Of a stretch of 64,000 bases of DNA, positions 1 to 9,379 are shown piece by piece. The number at the start of each line of letters is the position of its first letter. Within the stretch, counting starts at the first letter, position 1. The DNA lies in the NCBI GenBank assembly GCA_040396955.1, contig JBBAWX010000006.1, positions 67,257-131,256 of the forward strand, written 5' to 3'. The notes under the pieces were generated by a model. That model saw nothing but the letters and a program-made list of their open reading frames with translations. It made no database searches and was not told where the DNA came from. A program made the position numbers and the translations under genes. The DNA is from Roseiflexaceae bacterium (GTDB lineage: Bacteria > Chloroflexota > Chloroflexia > Chloroflexales > Roseiflexaceae).

Positions 1-442
1 CCTGGGCTTTGACCGTCTCCATGAGTGCTTCGACGTCCATGTCAACCACCACGGCGGTCTCACTGACGGATTCGGCGGTCACCAAGTAGTGCGGGTCCAC
101 CTGCACCACGGATCCCACACGGGCCCGATGCAACCCTTCGAGGATGATGCGTGCCGTACCATCCGGGAGTTTCATGAATTCTTCGAGTCGCGCCACCACT
201 CCCACAGGTGGGAGCGCTGGCGGCGTGCCGTTTTTGTAGAGCTCGATTTCAGATTCGGGCACATAGATCAACAGCACCGCTTGCTGGGCCTCCCATGCCA
301 CTTCCATGGCGCGGAACGACTTGCCCTGGCCAATTTGCAGTGGCACCGTCATCTGCGGCATGATGACCATTTCGCCGAGCACGACCAGTGGAAAAATGGG
401 GGCATCCGCAACATGAACGTGCATGGTATCTATTGAGGTCAT
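1..442 (-). CDS. lon: ATP-dependent Lon protease, N-terminal part only (gene runs off the left edge)
   Basis: Absent from the ORF track because there is no stop in the window. My reverse-strand translation from ATG at 442 (AGGTGA SD about 5 nt upstream) reads MTSIDTMHVHVADAPIFPLVVLGEMVIMPQMTVPLQIGQGKSFRAMEVAW...MKLPDGTARIILEGLHRARV. This follows the Lon N-terminal substrate-binding domain pattern (PvlPL..vvfP.m..Pl.vGr.kS..a ... klpDGt.kvlveG..Ra). The + strand ORF 89..436 is its shadow. Confidence 0.8.
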   Translation of the reverse strand, partial: MTSIDTMHVHVADAPIFPLVVLGEMVIMPQMTVPLQIGQGKSFRAMEVAWEAQQAVLLIYVPESEIELYKNGTPPALPPVGVVARLEEFMKLPDGTARIILEGLHRARVGSVVQVDPHYLVTAESVSETAVVVDMDVEALMETVKAQ

Positions 443-466
443 CGGTTTCACCTAACTGCTAGAGGA

Positions 467-490
467 CCGCAGGGGCGGTCGCCCCTGCGG
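467..490 (-). terminator. GC-rich hairpin between tpiA stop and lon start (possible terminator or processing structure)
   Basis: Perfect 10-bp inverted repeat CCGCAGGGGC (467-476) / GCCCCTGCGG (481-490) with a 4-nt loop. No U-tract follows on the minus strand, so terminator function is uncertain. Confidence 0.3.
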
Positions 491-504
491 TCACGGGTTA
501 CCTT

Positions 505-1257
505 TTAAACGCGATACTGCACAATGCGCAAGAAGCTTTCGGCGACCAAAGCGGCACCGCCCACCAACGCACCGTCGATATCGGGCTGAGCCATCAACTC
601 ATCGACATTATCGGGCTTCACGCTACCGCCGTACTGGATGCGGACTGCGTCGGCCTGGGCACCACCGAGGCGGCGCAACTCGGCACGAATGGCGGCATGC
701 ATGGCTTGAGCGTCCGCAGCAGTTGCTGTGAGACCGGTGCCAATGGCCCACACCGGCTCATAGGCAATGACCACTTGGTCGATTTGTGTGGCGAGGGCAG
801 CCAACGCACCCTGCACTTGCCCGAGGACGACCTGCTCAGCCTGGCCTGATTCACGCTCGCTCCGGGTCTCACCGACACAGATGATGGGGGTCATGCCGGC
901 TTGGAGCACGGCAGCCGCTTTGCGGGCCACCATGGTGTCACTTTCGGCAAACAATTGCCGGCGCTCACTGTGGCCGACGATAACATAGCGACACCCAACA
1001 TCGCGCAACATAGCCGGTGAAATCTCCCCCGTGAATGCGCCGTGGGACTCCGGATACACATTTTGGGCCCCGAGGCCAATCTGACTATCGGCGAGGCGAC
1101 CAGCCACACTTGCAAGCGCCGTGAACGTGGGGCAAATGACGATTTCACGGTCAGCAGCAACGGTGCCACTCGCGGCTACTAGCGCATCGGTCAACGCCAC
1201 TGCCTCGGAGATGGTCTTGTGCATCTTCCAGTTGCCAGCAATTAATGTTGTACGCAT
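505..1257 (-). CDS. tpiA: triosephosphate isomerase
   Basis: 250 aa. IAGNWKMHKT N-terminus plus VIVGHSERR, AYEPVWAIGTG and YGGSVKP motifs are canonical TIM signatures. Confidence 0.95.
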   Translation of the reverse strand: MRTTLIAGNWKMHKTISEAVALTDALVAASGTVAADREIVICPTFTALASVAGRLADSQIGLGAQNVYPESHGAFTGEISPAMLRDVGCRYVIVGHSERRQLFAESDTMVARKAAAVLQAGMTPIICVGETRSERESGQAEQVVLGQVQGALAALATQIDQVVIAYEPVWAIGTGLTATAADAQAMHAAIRAELRRLGGAQADAVRIQYGGSVKPDNVDELMAQPDIDGALVGGAALVAESFLRIVQYRV

Positions 1258-1321
1258 GTTGTTCCTCTAATTGTGTAGTCGTATAGTACACGAATGAAAT
1301 ATGCATCAACGAGCAGGGTGC

Positions 1322-1996
1322 TTACCCGGCCAAGGCTTGTACCATCCAACCCCAGATGGAAATGAACACTTCTTGGCGACTCAAATAAAAGACCATCACG
1401 GCACCCACGACGACCGTGGCCACGTAGATGACGGGCGACCACGCCAACACTTTGGCGCCGTCGAATGGCCCGCCTGGAATCATGTTGAAGAGCCCCATCC
1501 AGGCGTTGAGCGTGAAGCCGATGACACACATGGTCAACAGAATGTCGAGATCCCAGCCGATGACGTACAACAGCGGGTAGAGCAACAAGAAAACGAACGA
1601 GAGCACAAAATTGGAGATGGGGCCGGCCAAGGCTATTTTACCGATGCGCTCCTTGTCGTTGACGCCAGTGTGCCAGACAGCGCCGGGAGCTGCCACAAAA
1701 ATACCGGCGAGCGCAATCACCAGTGACAACAGGAGCCAACGGGTATCGGCGGCAAAATGTGCTTGCGCCCCGAAACGCCGCGCAACTTCACGATGGGCAA
1801 CTTCGTGGACCACGAAGCCGATCCCACAGACAATACTGGCGACGAGCAAGTTTTCAATCATCACGGGAGTCAACAGGTTCACCGCGCCGGTGCGGTAGAT
1901 GGCATATGCAACGGAAGTACCCGCCCATGCTTTGGCGAGCTCTACTACATCATCGTGAGCTGGGCCGCGCAACATCATATCTGGTTGTGTCATCAC
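1322..1996 (-). CDS. M50-family (site-2 protease-like) membrane zinc metalloprotease
   Basis: 224-aa polytopic ORF with HEVAH (HExxH) in a hydrophobic segment and a downstream NMIPGGPFDG motif typical of M50 peptidases. Confidence 0.8.
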   Translation of the reverse strand: MMTQPDMMLRGPAHDDVVELAKAWAGTSVAYAIYRTGAVNLLTPVMIENLLVASIVCGIGFVVHEVAHREVARRFGAQAHFAADTRWLLLSLVIALAGIFVAAPGAVWHTGVNDKERIGKIALAGPISNFVLSFVFLLLYPLLYVIGWDLDILLTMCVIGFTLNAWMGLFNMIPGGPFDGAKVLAWSPVIYVATVVVGAVMVFYLSRQEVFISIWGWMVQALAG

Positions 1997-2145
1997 AAAT
2001 CCTTTTCAATACACCACGTGTCATTATAGCAGACCACTCAGCGTTTTTGCGTGGTAATGCATTGGTAACGCACTGCACGGAGACTATGCATATCGGCCCA
2101 CACAACAGCAGAAAAGGGACGAGCGTTTAGTAGGAGGCAAACGAT

Positions 2146-2634
2146 ATGCATCACCAACGTGTCACCGAGCTCTATCAGCACCATGCCGACGCTATTCGTC
2201 GGTTCATCTATCGCCGCACTGGCGACATGGCGCTCAGTGAAGATTTGTGCAACGACGTCTTTGTGCGTGTCATCGAGGGGTTACCAAGCTATACCGAGCG
2301 CGGGCTACCGATTGAGGCCTGGCTCTACCGCATTACGCGTGACCGCATCATCGACTACTACCGCAAACAGACACATCGCCAGGCACAATCCCTTGATGAC
2401 GAACACGCGGTGGTGAGCGATGCGGCCACCATTGAAAGCGATGACATGTTTCAGCAGATGTTGGCACACCTAAATCCTGAGCAACAACAGGTGCTCTTGT
2501 TGCGCTACCGCGACGACCTGACCTTTGCACAAATCGCCCAGGCCATGCACCGTAGCGAAGGGGCCGTCAAGCAACTCCGTCTACGCGGCCTACAACAACT
2601 CAAAGAGCACTACCGGCCCATACGCAGTGCCTAA
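2146..2634 (+). CDS. ECF (group 4) sigma-70 family RNA polymerase sigma factor
   Basis: 162 aa. Region 2 (DLCNDVFVRVIEGL, EAWLYRITRDRIIDYYR) and region 4 HTH (LTFAQIAQAMHRSEGAVKQLRLRG). AGGAGG SD upstream of the ATG. Confidence 0.85.
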   Translation: MHHQRVTELYQHHADAIRRFIYRRTGDMALSEDLCNDVFVRVIEGLPSYTERGLPIEAWLYRITRDRIIDYYRKQTHRQAQSLDDEHAVVSDAATIESDDMFQQMLAHLNPEQQQVLLLRYRDDLTFAQIAQAMHRSEGAVKQLRLRGLQQLKEHYRPIRSA

Positions 2635-2711
2635 TGACCGCGAATTCCGTGCTACAATGGGGCATTCTGTGGGAAAAACAGTGACAATCATTCGACACAG
2701 CGAGGTGTCTC

Positions 2712-5117
2712 ATGTTCGTTGACCCGTTTGTCAGGGCACAGGCCCATCCCATCCAACGCGACACTCCGGCGGTGAATTTTTTTGCGGGCGCCCTCCTCGG
2801 CAACGGTGGCTTGGGCGTGGTAGTCACCAGCCGACCTGACGGCGTCATGCTTCATCTCGGGCACAACAGCGTCTGGGATATCCGGGTAGCCGAGCATCAC
2901 GCCGACCAAATTGGCACATTTGCGGAAATTTTCGCCAAAGTACAGGCCATCCCCGCCACACTGGGAGCTCTCGAAGAAGATGCCTGGTACAAGGCGTACA
3001 CCGACCTCATGCAAGAGAACTACCGGGCCAATTATCCGCGACCCTTCCCGTGTGGCACGCTCCTCCTCGGGCTTGATCGCCGCCAGGCAGAGGTCTGCGG
3101 ACACACACTCGACATTGCCACTGGCACTTGCCGTGTCCACCTCAAAGCCTATGACTGGCCGTACGACTGTGATCTCGTCATTGGTGTCGATCCCGACCAC
3201 GACAGCGTCTGGATGCACTGTGAAGATGCCCAAGGGCAAGCGGTCGCCAGCCCGTTTGAACGCCTGCGCTTAATGCCCGACCCGAGCACGCCTGCCGAGT
3301 TCCCCGCCTATGACGTGCATCAAGCGGGTATCGGATTTTGGCAACGGCTACCCAGCCAAGAGGGTACGGCACGTGGTCACATGGCTCCCAACGAGTACTG
3401 GAAGGGGTTTGACCCGAATCGTCCGACCGCCAACGGAGTCATCGTAGCGCATCCCGACGATCGCGCCGTCAGTGTGGCCGTGGCGGTGTCGAGTGTGCAA
3501 CAATCGTGGCAACCACAGACCAGCTACGGCACGCCGCGCGCTGTCGACCCACTCGAGCGCGCACTCCACGACACCCACCCCTTTGTGGGCGTGCTCACTC
3601 TGACACACGGCGTGGCCGAACAGCTCGATGAAGCACACGCCACTGCCTCGTGGACTGCCCATGCCGAGGCACTGGCACGCCGGCACAACCATTGGCACCA
3701 GTACTGGAATCTCGGTGGCGTGGCGTTGGCCGACGATCTGTTGGAGCGCACCTGGTACCACAATGTGTACTTTTTTGCCTGTGCCGTATCGGCCAAACAC
3801 ACCTGCCCCGGCTTATTTGCCAACTGGAGCTACCGTGATATTGGCACCGCCTGGCATGGCGATTACCACATGAACTACAACACACAACAGCCGTTTTGGC
3901 TCTGCTTTAGTAGCAACCGCCTCGAGCACCATCTGGCCTACGTGAACCTCATTGATCACATCATGCCACTCAGCAAACGCTGGGCCACCGAGTACTACGG
4001 GCTTCGGGGAGCGTACTTTCCGCACTCAGCCTACCCCACCGACATGCGCATCATGCCCTACCCGGTGCCGACCTGGGGGTGGGAAATCTGTGAAACACCG
4101 TGGAGTGTGCAAAGTCTGTGGTGGCACTTCCGCTACAGCCAAGATGTTGACTTTTTGCGCATCCGCGCCTACCCACCCATCCGCGAAGCGGTGCAGTTTT
4201 TGGTGGACTACATGCGGCGTCCCGAGGCCTGGTGGGATGACTGCTACCACATTTACCCGACAGTTTCTCCCGAACTCTACGGATTAACCCCGGGTCTCAC
4301 CAAAAATTACGACTGCGTGGTGGATTTGACACTGACGAAATTCATCTTCAACGCTTTTCTTGACGCCGTCTCAATTCTTGATATGGAGGGCACCGAAGCC
4401 ACACTCGTACACGATGTACGTGAAATATTGGCCCATTTCCCCGCCTACCCCACCGCTGACACCCCCAATGGGCCAGTGTTGGTGAGTGTGCCCAACGAAG
4501 ACCCACAAGTGGTCTACAACGTGCCCTCCAGCACCACCACTATCTTCCCCGGCGAGGAACACGGATTGCACTCAGATGCCGAAAGCTACCAGTTGGCATT
4601 ACGCACGCTACAGCACCAGCGGAACGAAGGCGGGAACGAATTGGTCTTCCTCAACATGCAGGCTGCTCGGCTCGGAGTCCTTGACTTGGACAAGTTCAAG
4701 CGTCAAATTGCCTACTGCCTGCTCCCCAATGGCACATGCACGGACATGGTACTCCAAACACACGGTCGCTACCGTGACGACTTGCCCTTTGATTTCATGG
4801 CTCCGATGGGCATCTGGTTGGAAAACTTCGCACTACCGGCGGTCATCAACGAATGCCTGATGCAGAGCTACACCGGTGAAATCCGCTTGTTCCCCAATTG
4901 GCCACTTACCACGGCAGCCACGTTCAGTGATTTGCGTGCGGTCGGCGGGCATCTTGTCAGCGCATCATGTGCTGATGGCCAAGTCACCCAGGTGTGCATT
5001 CGTAGCGAACGCGGCGGGCGTGTGGTGCTGTGGTCGCCATGGCAACCCGGGCACCTGCTCGAGCGCATACTCGGAGCAGGTGAAACGTGGGAGATGACAT
5101 CTTCACATCACCACTAA
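2712..5117 (+). CDS. large (alpha/alpha)6-type glycoside hydrolase, GH95-like (family-level call only)
   Basis: 801 aa with no obvious signal peptide. AWHGDYHMNYNTQQPFW resembles the W-x-G-x-Y-x-x-N-x-N-x-Q...W active-centre motif of GH95 enzymes. The size also fits GH95. Confidence 0.55.
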   Translation: MFVDPFVRAQAHPIQRDTPAVNFFAGALLGNGGLGVVVTSRPDGVMLHLGHNSVWDIRVAEHHADQIGTFAEIFAKVQAIPATLGALEEDAWYKAYTDLMQENYRANYPRPFPCGTLLLGLDRRQAEVCGHTLDIATGTCRVHLKAYDWPYDCDLVIGVDPDHDSVWMHCEDAQGQAVASPFERLRLMPDPSTPAEFPAYDVHQAGIGFWQRLPSQEGTARGHMAPNEYWKGFDPNRPTANGVIVAHPDDRAVSVAVAVSSVQQSWQPQTSYGTPRAVDPLERALHDTHPFVGVLTLTHGVAEQLDEAHATASWTAHAEALARRHNHWHQYWNLGGVALADDLLERTWYHNVYFFACAVSAKHTCPGLFANWSYRDIGTAWHGDYHMNYNTQQPFWLCFSSNRLEHHLAYVNLIDHIMPLSKRWATEYYGLRGAYFPHSAYPTDMRIMPYPVPTWGWEICETPWSVQSLWWHFRYSQDVDFLRIRAYPPIREAVQFLVDYMRRPEAWWDDCYHIYPTVSPELYGLTPGLTKNYDCVVDLTLTKFIFNAFLDAVSILDMEGTEATLVHDVREILAHFPAYPTADTPNGPVLVSVPNEDPQVVYNVPSSTTTIFPGEEHGLHSDAESYQLALRTLQHQRNEGGNELVFLNMQAARLGVLDLDKFKRQIAYCLLPNGTCTDMVLQTHGRYRDDLPFDFMAPMGIWLENFALPAVINECLMQSYTGEIRLFPNWPLTTAATFSDLRAVGGHLVSASCADGQVTQVCIRSERGGRVVLWSPWQPGHLLERILGAGETWEMTSSHHH

Positions 5118-6290
5118 CTAGATGATGTTGCGTTCGAATGCGGTACCAGTCGCAAAACGTTCGTAGCGCAACGGATCAATGTCAAACGTGTGGGCACGCC
5201 CATCGATGATTTCTTCGGCCATGAGCAACCCAGTGGCCGGCGAGTGCATGATGCCGTGACCGCTAAACCCGGCCGCGTTGACCCAGCTAGGGAGATCGGG
5301 ATGGCGTCCCAAAATGGGCATGTGGTCGGGGGTGATTTCGTAGGCGCCGGCCCAGCACTGCTTTTCTGCGAGCGCGACGTCGGCAAGACGCGGGAAGCGC
5401 TCCAACCCGGCGTCAATGACCGTATCCAGCCACTCCCAGTCGACATTGGTGTTGTAGCCGACCGGTTCATCAGCTTTGGAGAGACCAAAAATCAAGTTGT
5501 CTTGCTCTTTGCGCATCCAAAAACCAGACGCCACATCCACGGTCAGTGGCATCTGGTGTGGGATTATCTGAGTGGGCTGTGTCACGTACACGTTGCGGCG
5601 ATACGGAGCAACAGGCACGTCAAGCCCGGCAAGCCGTGCAACCGCACCAGCCCATGACCCGGCACAGTTGACCACGAGGTCACACTCGATGCGCCCGCGT
5701 GTCGTTTGTACGGCCACCACGCGCCCGGCGTGCACCTCAACGCCAGTCAACGGAGTAGCCCGAGAGATGCGCACACCGAGACTGCGAGCACGGTTGAGAT
5801 ACCCCATTGCCACACCGTGTGGATCACAATAGCCATCGTCCGGACCAAAGGTGGCACCAATGAGGTCGTCGATGCGCACATCGGGGACGATGTCGTGTAC
5901 CTCATGTGGAGCAAGTAGACGCGTACGCACGCCGAGGTGTTGTTGCATGTGTGTGGCCTCGACATAGCCGCGCCACGTGTCTTGATCATTGATGAGAAAA
6001 AGATAGCCGACCTGATGCAGTCCGCTCTCACCGCCGATTTCACTGGCAAAGTGCTTGAAGCGTTCAATGCCATATTGCGACATTTTGACGTTGAGTTCGT
6101 GAGAAAACTGATGGCGTACCCCGGCGGCCGAACGCGCCGTACTGCCCTGGACTTCGGTTTCGAACTGCTCAAGAATGACAACATTATGTATACCACGGAG
6201 TGCCAAATGACAAGCCACCGAAGCACCCATGACACCGGCGCCCACAATTACTACGTCTGCTCGATCACTGCTCATCGCCATGCGCACCAT
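5118..6290 (-). CDS. FAD-dependent oxidoreductase (DAO / sarcosine oxidase beta-like)
   Basis: 390 aa. N-terminal dinucleotide fold VVIVGAGVMGASVACHLALRG and a C-terminal GFSGHGIMHSP-type segment typical of the DAO family. Confidence 0.8.
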   Translation of the reverse strand: MVRMAMSSDRADVVIVGAGVMGASVACHLALRGIHNVVILEQFETEVQGSTARSAAGVRHQFSHELNVKMSQYGIERFKHFASEIGGESGLHQVGYLFLINDQDTWRGYVEATHMQQHLGVRTRLLAPHEVHDIVPDVRIDDLIGATFGPDDGYCDPHGVAMGYLNRARSLGVRISRATPLTGVEVHAGRVVAVQTTRGRIECDLVVNCAGSWAGAVARLAGLDVPVAPYRRNVYVTQPTQIIPHQMPLTVDVASGFWMRKEQDNLIFGLSKADEPVGYNTNVDWEWLDTVIDAGLERFPRLADVALAEKQCWAGAYEITPDHMPILGRHPDLPSWVNAAGFSGHGIMHSPATGLLMAEEIIDGRAHTFDIDPLRYERFATGTAFERNII

Positions 6291-6325
6291 CTATTGGAAG
6301 ATTCCGTGTGAGTAGTATATATCAC

Positions 6326-6354
6326 TTCTCAAAACCATGAAAACTCTCTATAAT
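6326..6354 (+). promoter_or_regulatory. candidate sigma-70 promoter for the SulP gene
   Basis: TTCTCA (6326-6331), 17-nt spacer, perfect TATAAT (6349-6354), about 45 nt upstream of the ATG at 6398. Confidence 0.4.
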
Positions 6355-6397
6355 CAGAGCACATTTTCACTGGAGTGGGTTGGCAAGGTCGTACCTC

Positions 6398-8143
6398 ATG
6401 CAACAGTTGTTCCGTGTTGGTCGGATTATCCGGCACGAATTCGCGCACTATTCGCTCATCATTCTGCGCAAAGATCTCTTGGCTGGTCTCGCAATAGCGG
6501 CAGTCGCACTACCTTTGGCGCTGGCCTACGGGATTGCAGCCGGCATGTCTCCCGAAGCCGGACTCGTTACCGCCATCATTGCCGGCATCATTGCCGGCAT
6601 CTTGGGGGGGACTTCGTATCAGAGTAGCGGACCCACCGGCGCCATGTCGGCCGTGTTACTCGTCATTTTGCATCGCACGGGAGTCATGGGGATGTGGAGC
6701 GCCACGTTCCTAGGTGGGATACTCCTCATTGCGATGGGATTGTTGCGCTGGGGCCGCTACGTCGTGTTCATCCCGACACCGGTGATTACCGGTTTCACGG
6801 CTGGCATTGCGATTATCATTGCCGTCAGTCAAATCGACGCCAGCCTCGGCATCCACACGCCTCCCGCCGACACCGCGTTGCTCAAATTGACCGGGTATGT
6901 TTTAGCGGATGTCGGGCACACCATCAACACCGCCGCCCTGGGAGTCACCATAGGCACCATCGCACTGTTGTGGGTCTTTCGGCGCTTCATCACGCATATT
7001 CCCGACACCCTTGGCGCCATGGTGGCGATGACTGGCATTGTCTGGAGCACTGGCATTGCGGTGGCCACCATTGGGCAACTCCCAGCCAGCATCATGCTTG
7101 AATCACACTTGCGCATCGACCAAATCCCATGGAATGCGTTCAACGACATTGCGGGGGCTGCGGTCTCAATTGCTTCGCTTGCCGCCATTGAAAGCCTGAT
7201 GACGGGCACCGCTGGGGCCGCCATGAGCGGCAAAGCATTTGACGCCGATCAAGAGCTCATTGCCCAGGGCAGTGCCAACCTCATCGTGCCCTGGTTTGGC
7301 GGGATTCCCTCGAGTGCGGCTATTTCACGCACCGCAGTGGCAATCCGCACTGGCGGTGAAACTCGGCTAGCCGGGATTTTTCATGCCCTCGTACTGTTCG
7401 TGGCCGTCTTGGGGATAGCCCCTATCATTGCACACGTACCACTTGCCGCACTGGCAGGGGTCTTGCTCTGGACAGCGTGGCACATGTGCGACTGGGGCAC
7501 GATTCGGCGCTACTTGCAGAGTGGCGTGCGTCACGCCATTGTGGGCATGCTCGTGACCATGGCGGCCACAGCAGCACTCGATCTGACGCAGGCCATTTTA
7601 ATTGGGCTAGCAGTATCCGCCATCATTCACATACGTCTTGAAGTGCAATCAGCACACGTCAGCGTGGTGCCAATCGATCCTACGCGACTGCCCCATTCAT
7701 CGCTCCGCTCCGCCTGCGATGGGGTACGTGTGGCCTACATCAGCGGCTCCATGTTTTTTGGGAATGCGGCTGCCATGCGTCACGCCCTCAGCCGTGAACC
7801 CAGCTGTCACACGTTGATTTTGAGCATGCGCGGCGTCCCCATGATCGATGTCATGGGGGCCGAGCTGTTGCGTGGTCTCATCCAAGAGTTCCGGAGCCGC
7901 CACGGCGATGTCTACATTGCCGGCATGCAACCCGCCGTTCAGCAGATGTTGTTGCGCCTCGGCGTCATTACCCTTATCGGTGCGGACCACATTTATTGGG
8001 ATGCAGCGACGGCCATTCATCGCGTCCATGAGCGCTTGATCAACGACGGATGCCCGCATTGCGGCGCTGACTGCCGAGCGCAATTTGCCACCACACCGCC
8101 TACGGCGTCAAACGATACAAAAACTCCCCTGCTCGGGGAATGA
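6398..8143 (+). CDS. SulP-family anion transporter with C-terminal STAS domain
   Basis: Polytopic N-terminal domain plus a STAS-like tail (VAYISGSMFFGNA...LILSMRGVPMIDVMG). The ORF opens at TTG 6380; I prefer the in-frame ATG at 6398. The C-terminal tail contains CPHCGADC. Confidence 0.85.
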   Translation: MQQLFRVGRIIRHEFAHYSLIILRKDLLAGLAIAAVALPLALAYGIAAGMSPEAGLVTAIIAGIIAGILGGTSYQSSGPTGAMSAVLLVILHRTGVMGMWSATFLGGILLIAMGLLRWGRYVVFIPTPVITGFTAGIAIIIAVSQIDASLGIHTPPADTALLKLTGYVLADVGHTINTAALGVTIGTIALLWVFRRFITHIPDTLGAMVAMTGIVWSTGIAVATIGQLPASIMLESHLRIDQIPWNAFNDIAGAAVSIASLAAIESLMTGTAGAAMSGKAFDADQELIAQGSANLIVPWFGGIPSSAAISRTAVAIRTGGETRLAGIFHALVLFVAVLGIAPIIAHVPLAALAGVLLWTAWHMCDWGTIRRYLQSGVRHAIVGMLVTMAATAALDLTQAILIGLAVSAIIHIRLEVQSAHVSVVPIDPTRLPHSSLRSACDGVRVAYISGSMFFGNAAAMRHALSREPSCHTLILSMRGVPMIDVMGAELLRGLIQEFRSRHGDVYIAGMQPAVQQMLLRLGVITLIGADHIYWDAATAIHRVHERLINDGCPHCGADCRAQFATTPPTASNDTKTPLLGE

Positions 8144-9338
8144 CTAGACACTCAGGGTCGGCCTGTGCGTGCAACGCCACCGGGTCAATGGTGCGGTAAT
8201 CGGCGTAGTTGAGGTTGATGGCCGCACAGGTGGCTGCATCGAGACCGGTGGCAAGAGTGACCGTAATGCGGGGGCGCTCGACGCCGGCCTGCCACGTACC
8301 AACGCCGCGCAAGTGCGTGGAGTGAGCAATGACGCCCTTGGGCAAATGTGCGAAACGCTCCCACTGCCCCAAAAAATAATCAAGGACGTGATACCCGATT
8401 TCACGGATGACCCGGCCATGCACGACGCTGATTTCACGCAGATGTGGCGCATAGATGACCACCTCACCCCCATCAGCCACCACCGGCTCACTTTTGTACA
8501 TCCCCTTGGAGCCCACCCACAACTCATCGTACATGGTCGGCAAGACAGCGATAACTCGTTGGACGGGCTTGGCCAACCAGCGCATGTGCACCTGTGCCGA
8601 CAGCTGCGCCGCTGCCTGCCAAGCAGGCTCTGGAGCATCCACAAACACCCCGTGAATGCCAGCCGTGGTTACCACCGAGCAGATGGCGAAACGAGGCACT
8701 GGAACGAGCGAAGCGGCGTGGTCGATGACCGCGCGTACTGCGGTGTCGGCGGTGCCAATAATCGCATACGAGGTCAACAGAGCGCCCAACCAGTGGGTAG
8801 CATTAATGACGTCCGGGCCAGAAATGCCTGGGAACAGGTACTTGTTGCCACCCGAGAAGCCCACCACCTCGTGCGGGAACACCGGCCCACAGATGAGGAT
8901 GTGATCGTGCGTCAACACGTGCCGGTTGATCCGTACCGCTACGGTTTCTTCGCTGCGCCCGCCACTCAAACGGTACATGGTGGGACTGTCGATGTGCCCC
9001 ACCGTGACCAGCGCATCGTCGTTTTGCCACTCGTGATTACACACCCGAATATCAGGCTCCGTGGCACAAATTTGCCGATAATCGCACCCCAACAGCGCAT
9101 CGATGGCCGCATCATCCATGGCAGGGTGCGTACCTAAGGCAATCATCCAGGTCTGTTGCGTGGCTCCAGCCGCCCGCAGAGCAGCCCGCACCACCGCGAA
9201 GTAGCGGGGCATGGGCATGGTACGAGTGCCATCTGGGATGAGCACCAGCACACGCTGACCACGCCAATTGCGTTGTGACAAACCGGCGGCGACCACTTCT
9301 GCTAATTGAGTATCGTTGAGGAGCTGCATGCCATTCAT
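8100..9338 (-). CDS. LarA-family (nickel-pincer-nucleotide dependent 2-hydroxyacid racemase/epimerase-like) protein
   Basis: 412 aa. IPDGTR and ALGTH motifs, and PHEVVGFSGGNKYLFPGISGPDVINATH. The His-x9-Lys-x15-His spacing matches my recollection of L. plantarum LarA His174/Lys184/His200. The 3' end overlaps the convergent SulP gene by 44 nt. Confidence 0.7.
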   Translation of the reverse strand: MNGMQLLNDTQLAEVVAAGLSQRNWRGQRVLVLIPDGTRTMPMPRYFAVVRAALRAAGATQQTWMIALGTHPAMDDAAIDALLGCDYRQICATEPDIRVCNHEWQNDDALVTVGHIDSPTMYRLSGGRSEETVAVRINRHVLTHDHILICGPVFPHEVVGFSGGNKYLFPGISGPDVINATHWLGALLTSYAIIGTADTAVRAVIDHAASLVPVPRFAICSVVTTAGIHGVFVDAPEPAWQAAAQLSAQVHMRWLAKPVQRVIAVLPTMYDELWVGSKGMYKSEPVVADGGEVVIYAPHLREISVVHGRVIREIGYHVLDYFLGQWERFAHLPKGVIAHSTHLRGVGTWQAGVERPRITVTLATGLDAATCAAINLNYADYRTIDPVALHAQADPECLVIPRAGEFLYRLTP

Positions 9339-9379
9339 CCTTGTCGTATGTGAAGAATCAATTGCGTACCCAAGCTCGG

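Noticed and set aside
89-436. 115-aa + strand ORF at the left edge
   Set aside because: It is the antisense shadow of the Lon protease N-terminal coding region, which reads convincingly on the minus strand (1-442). The + strand product is His/Arg-rich with no motif.
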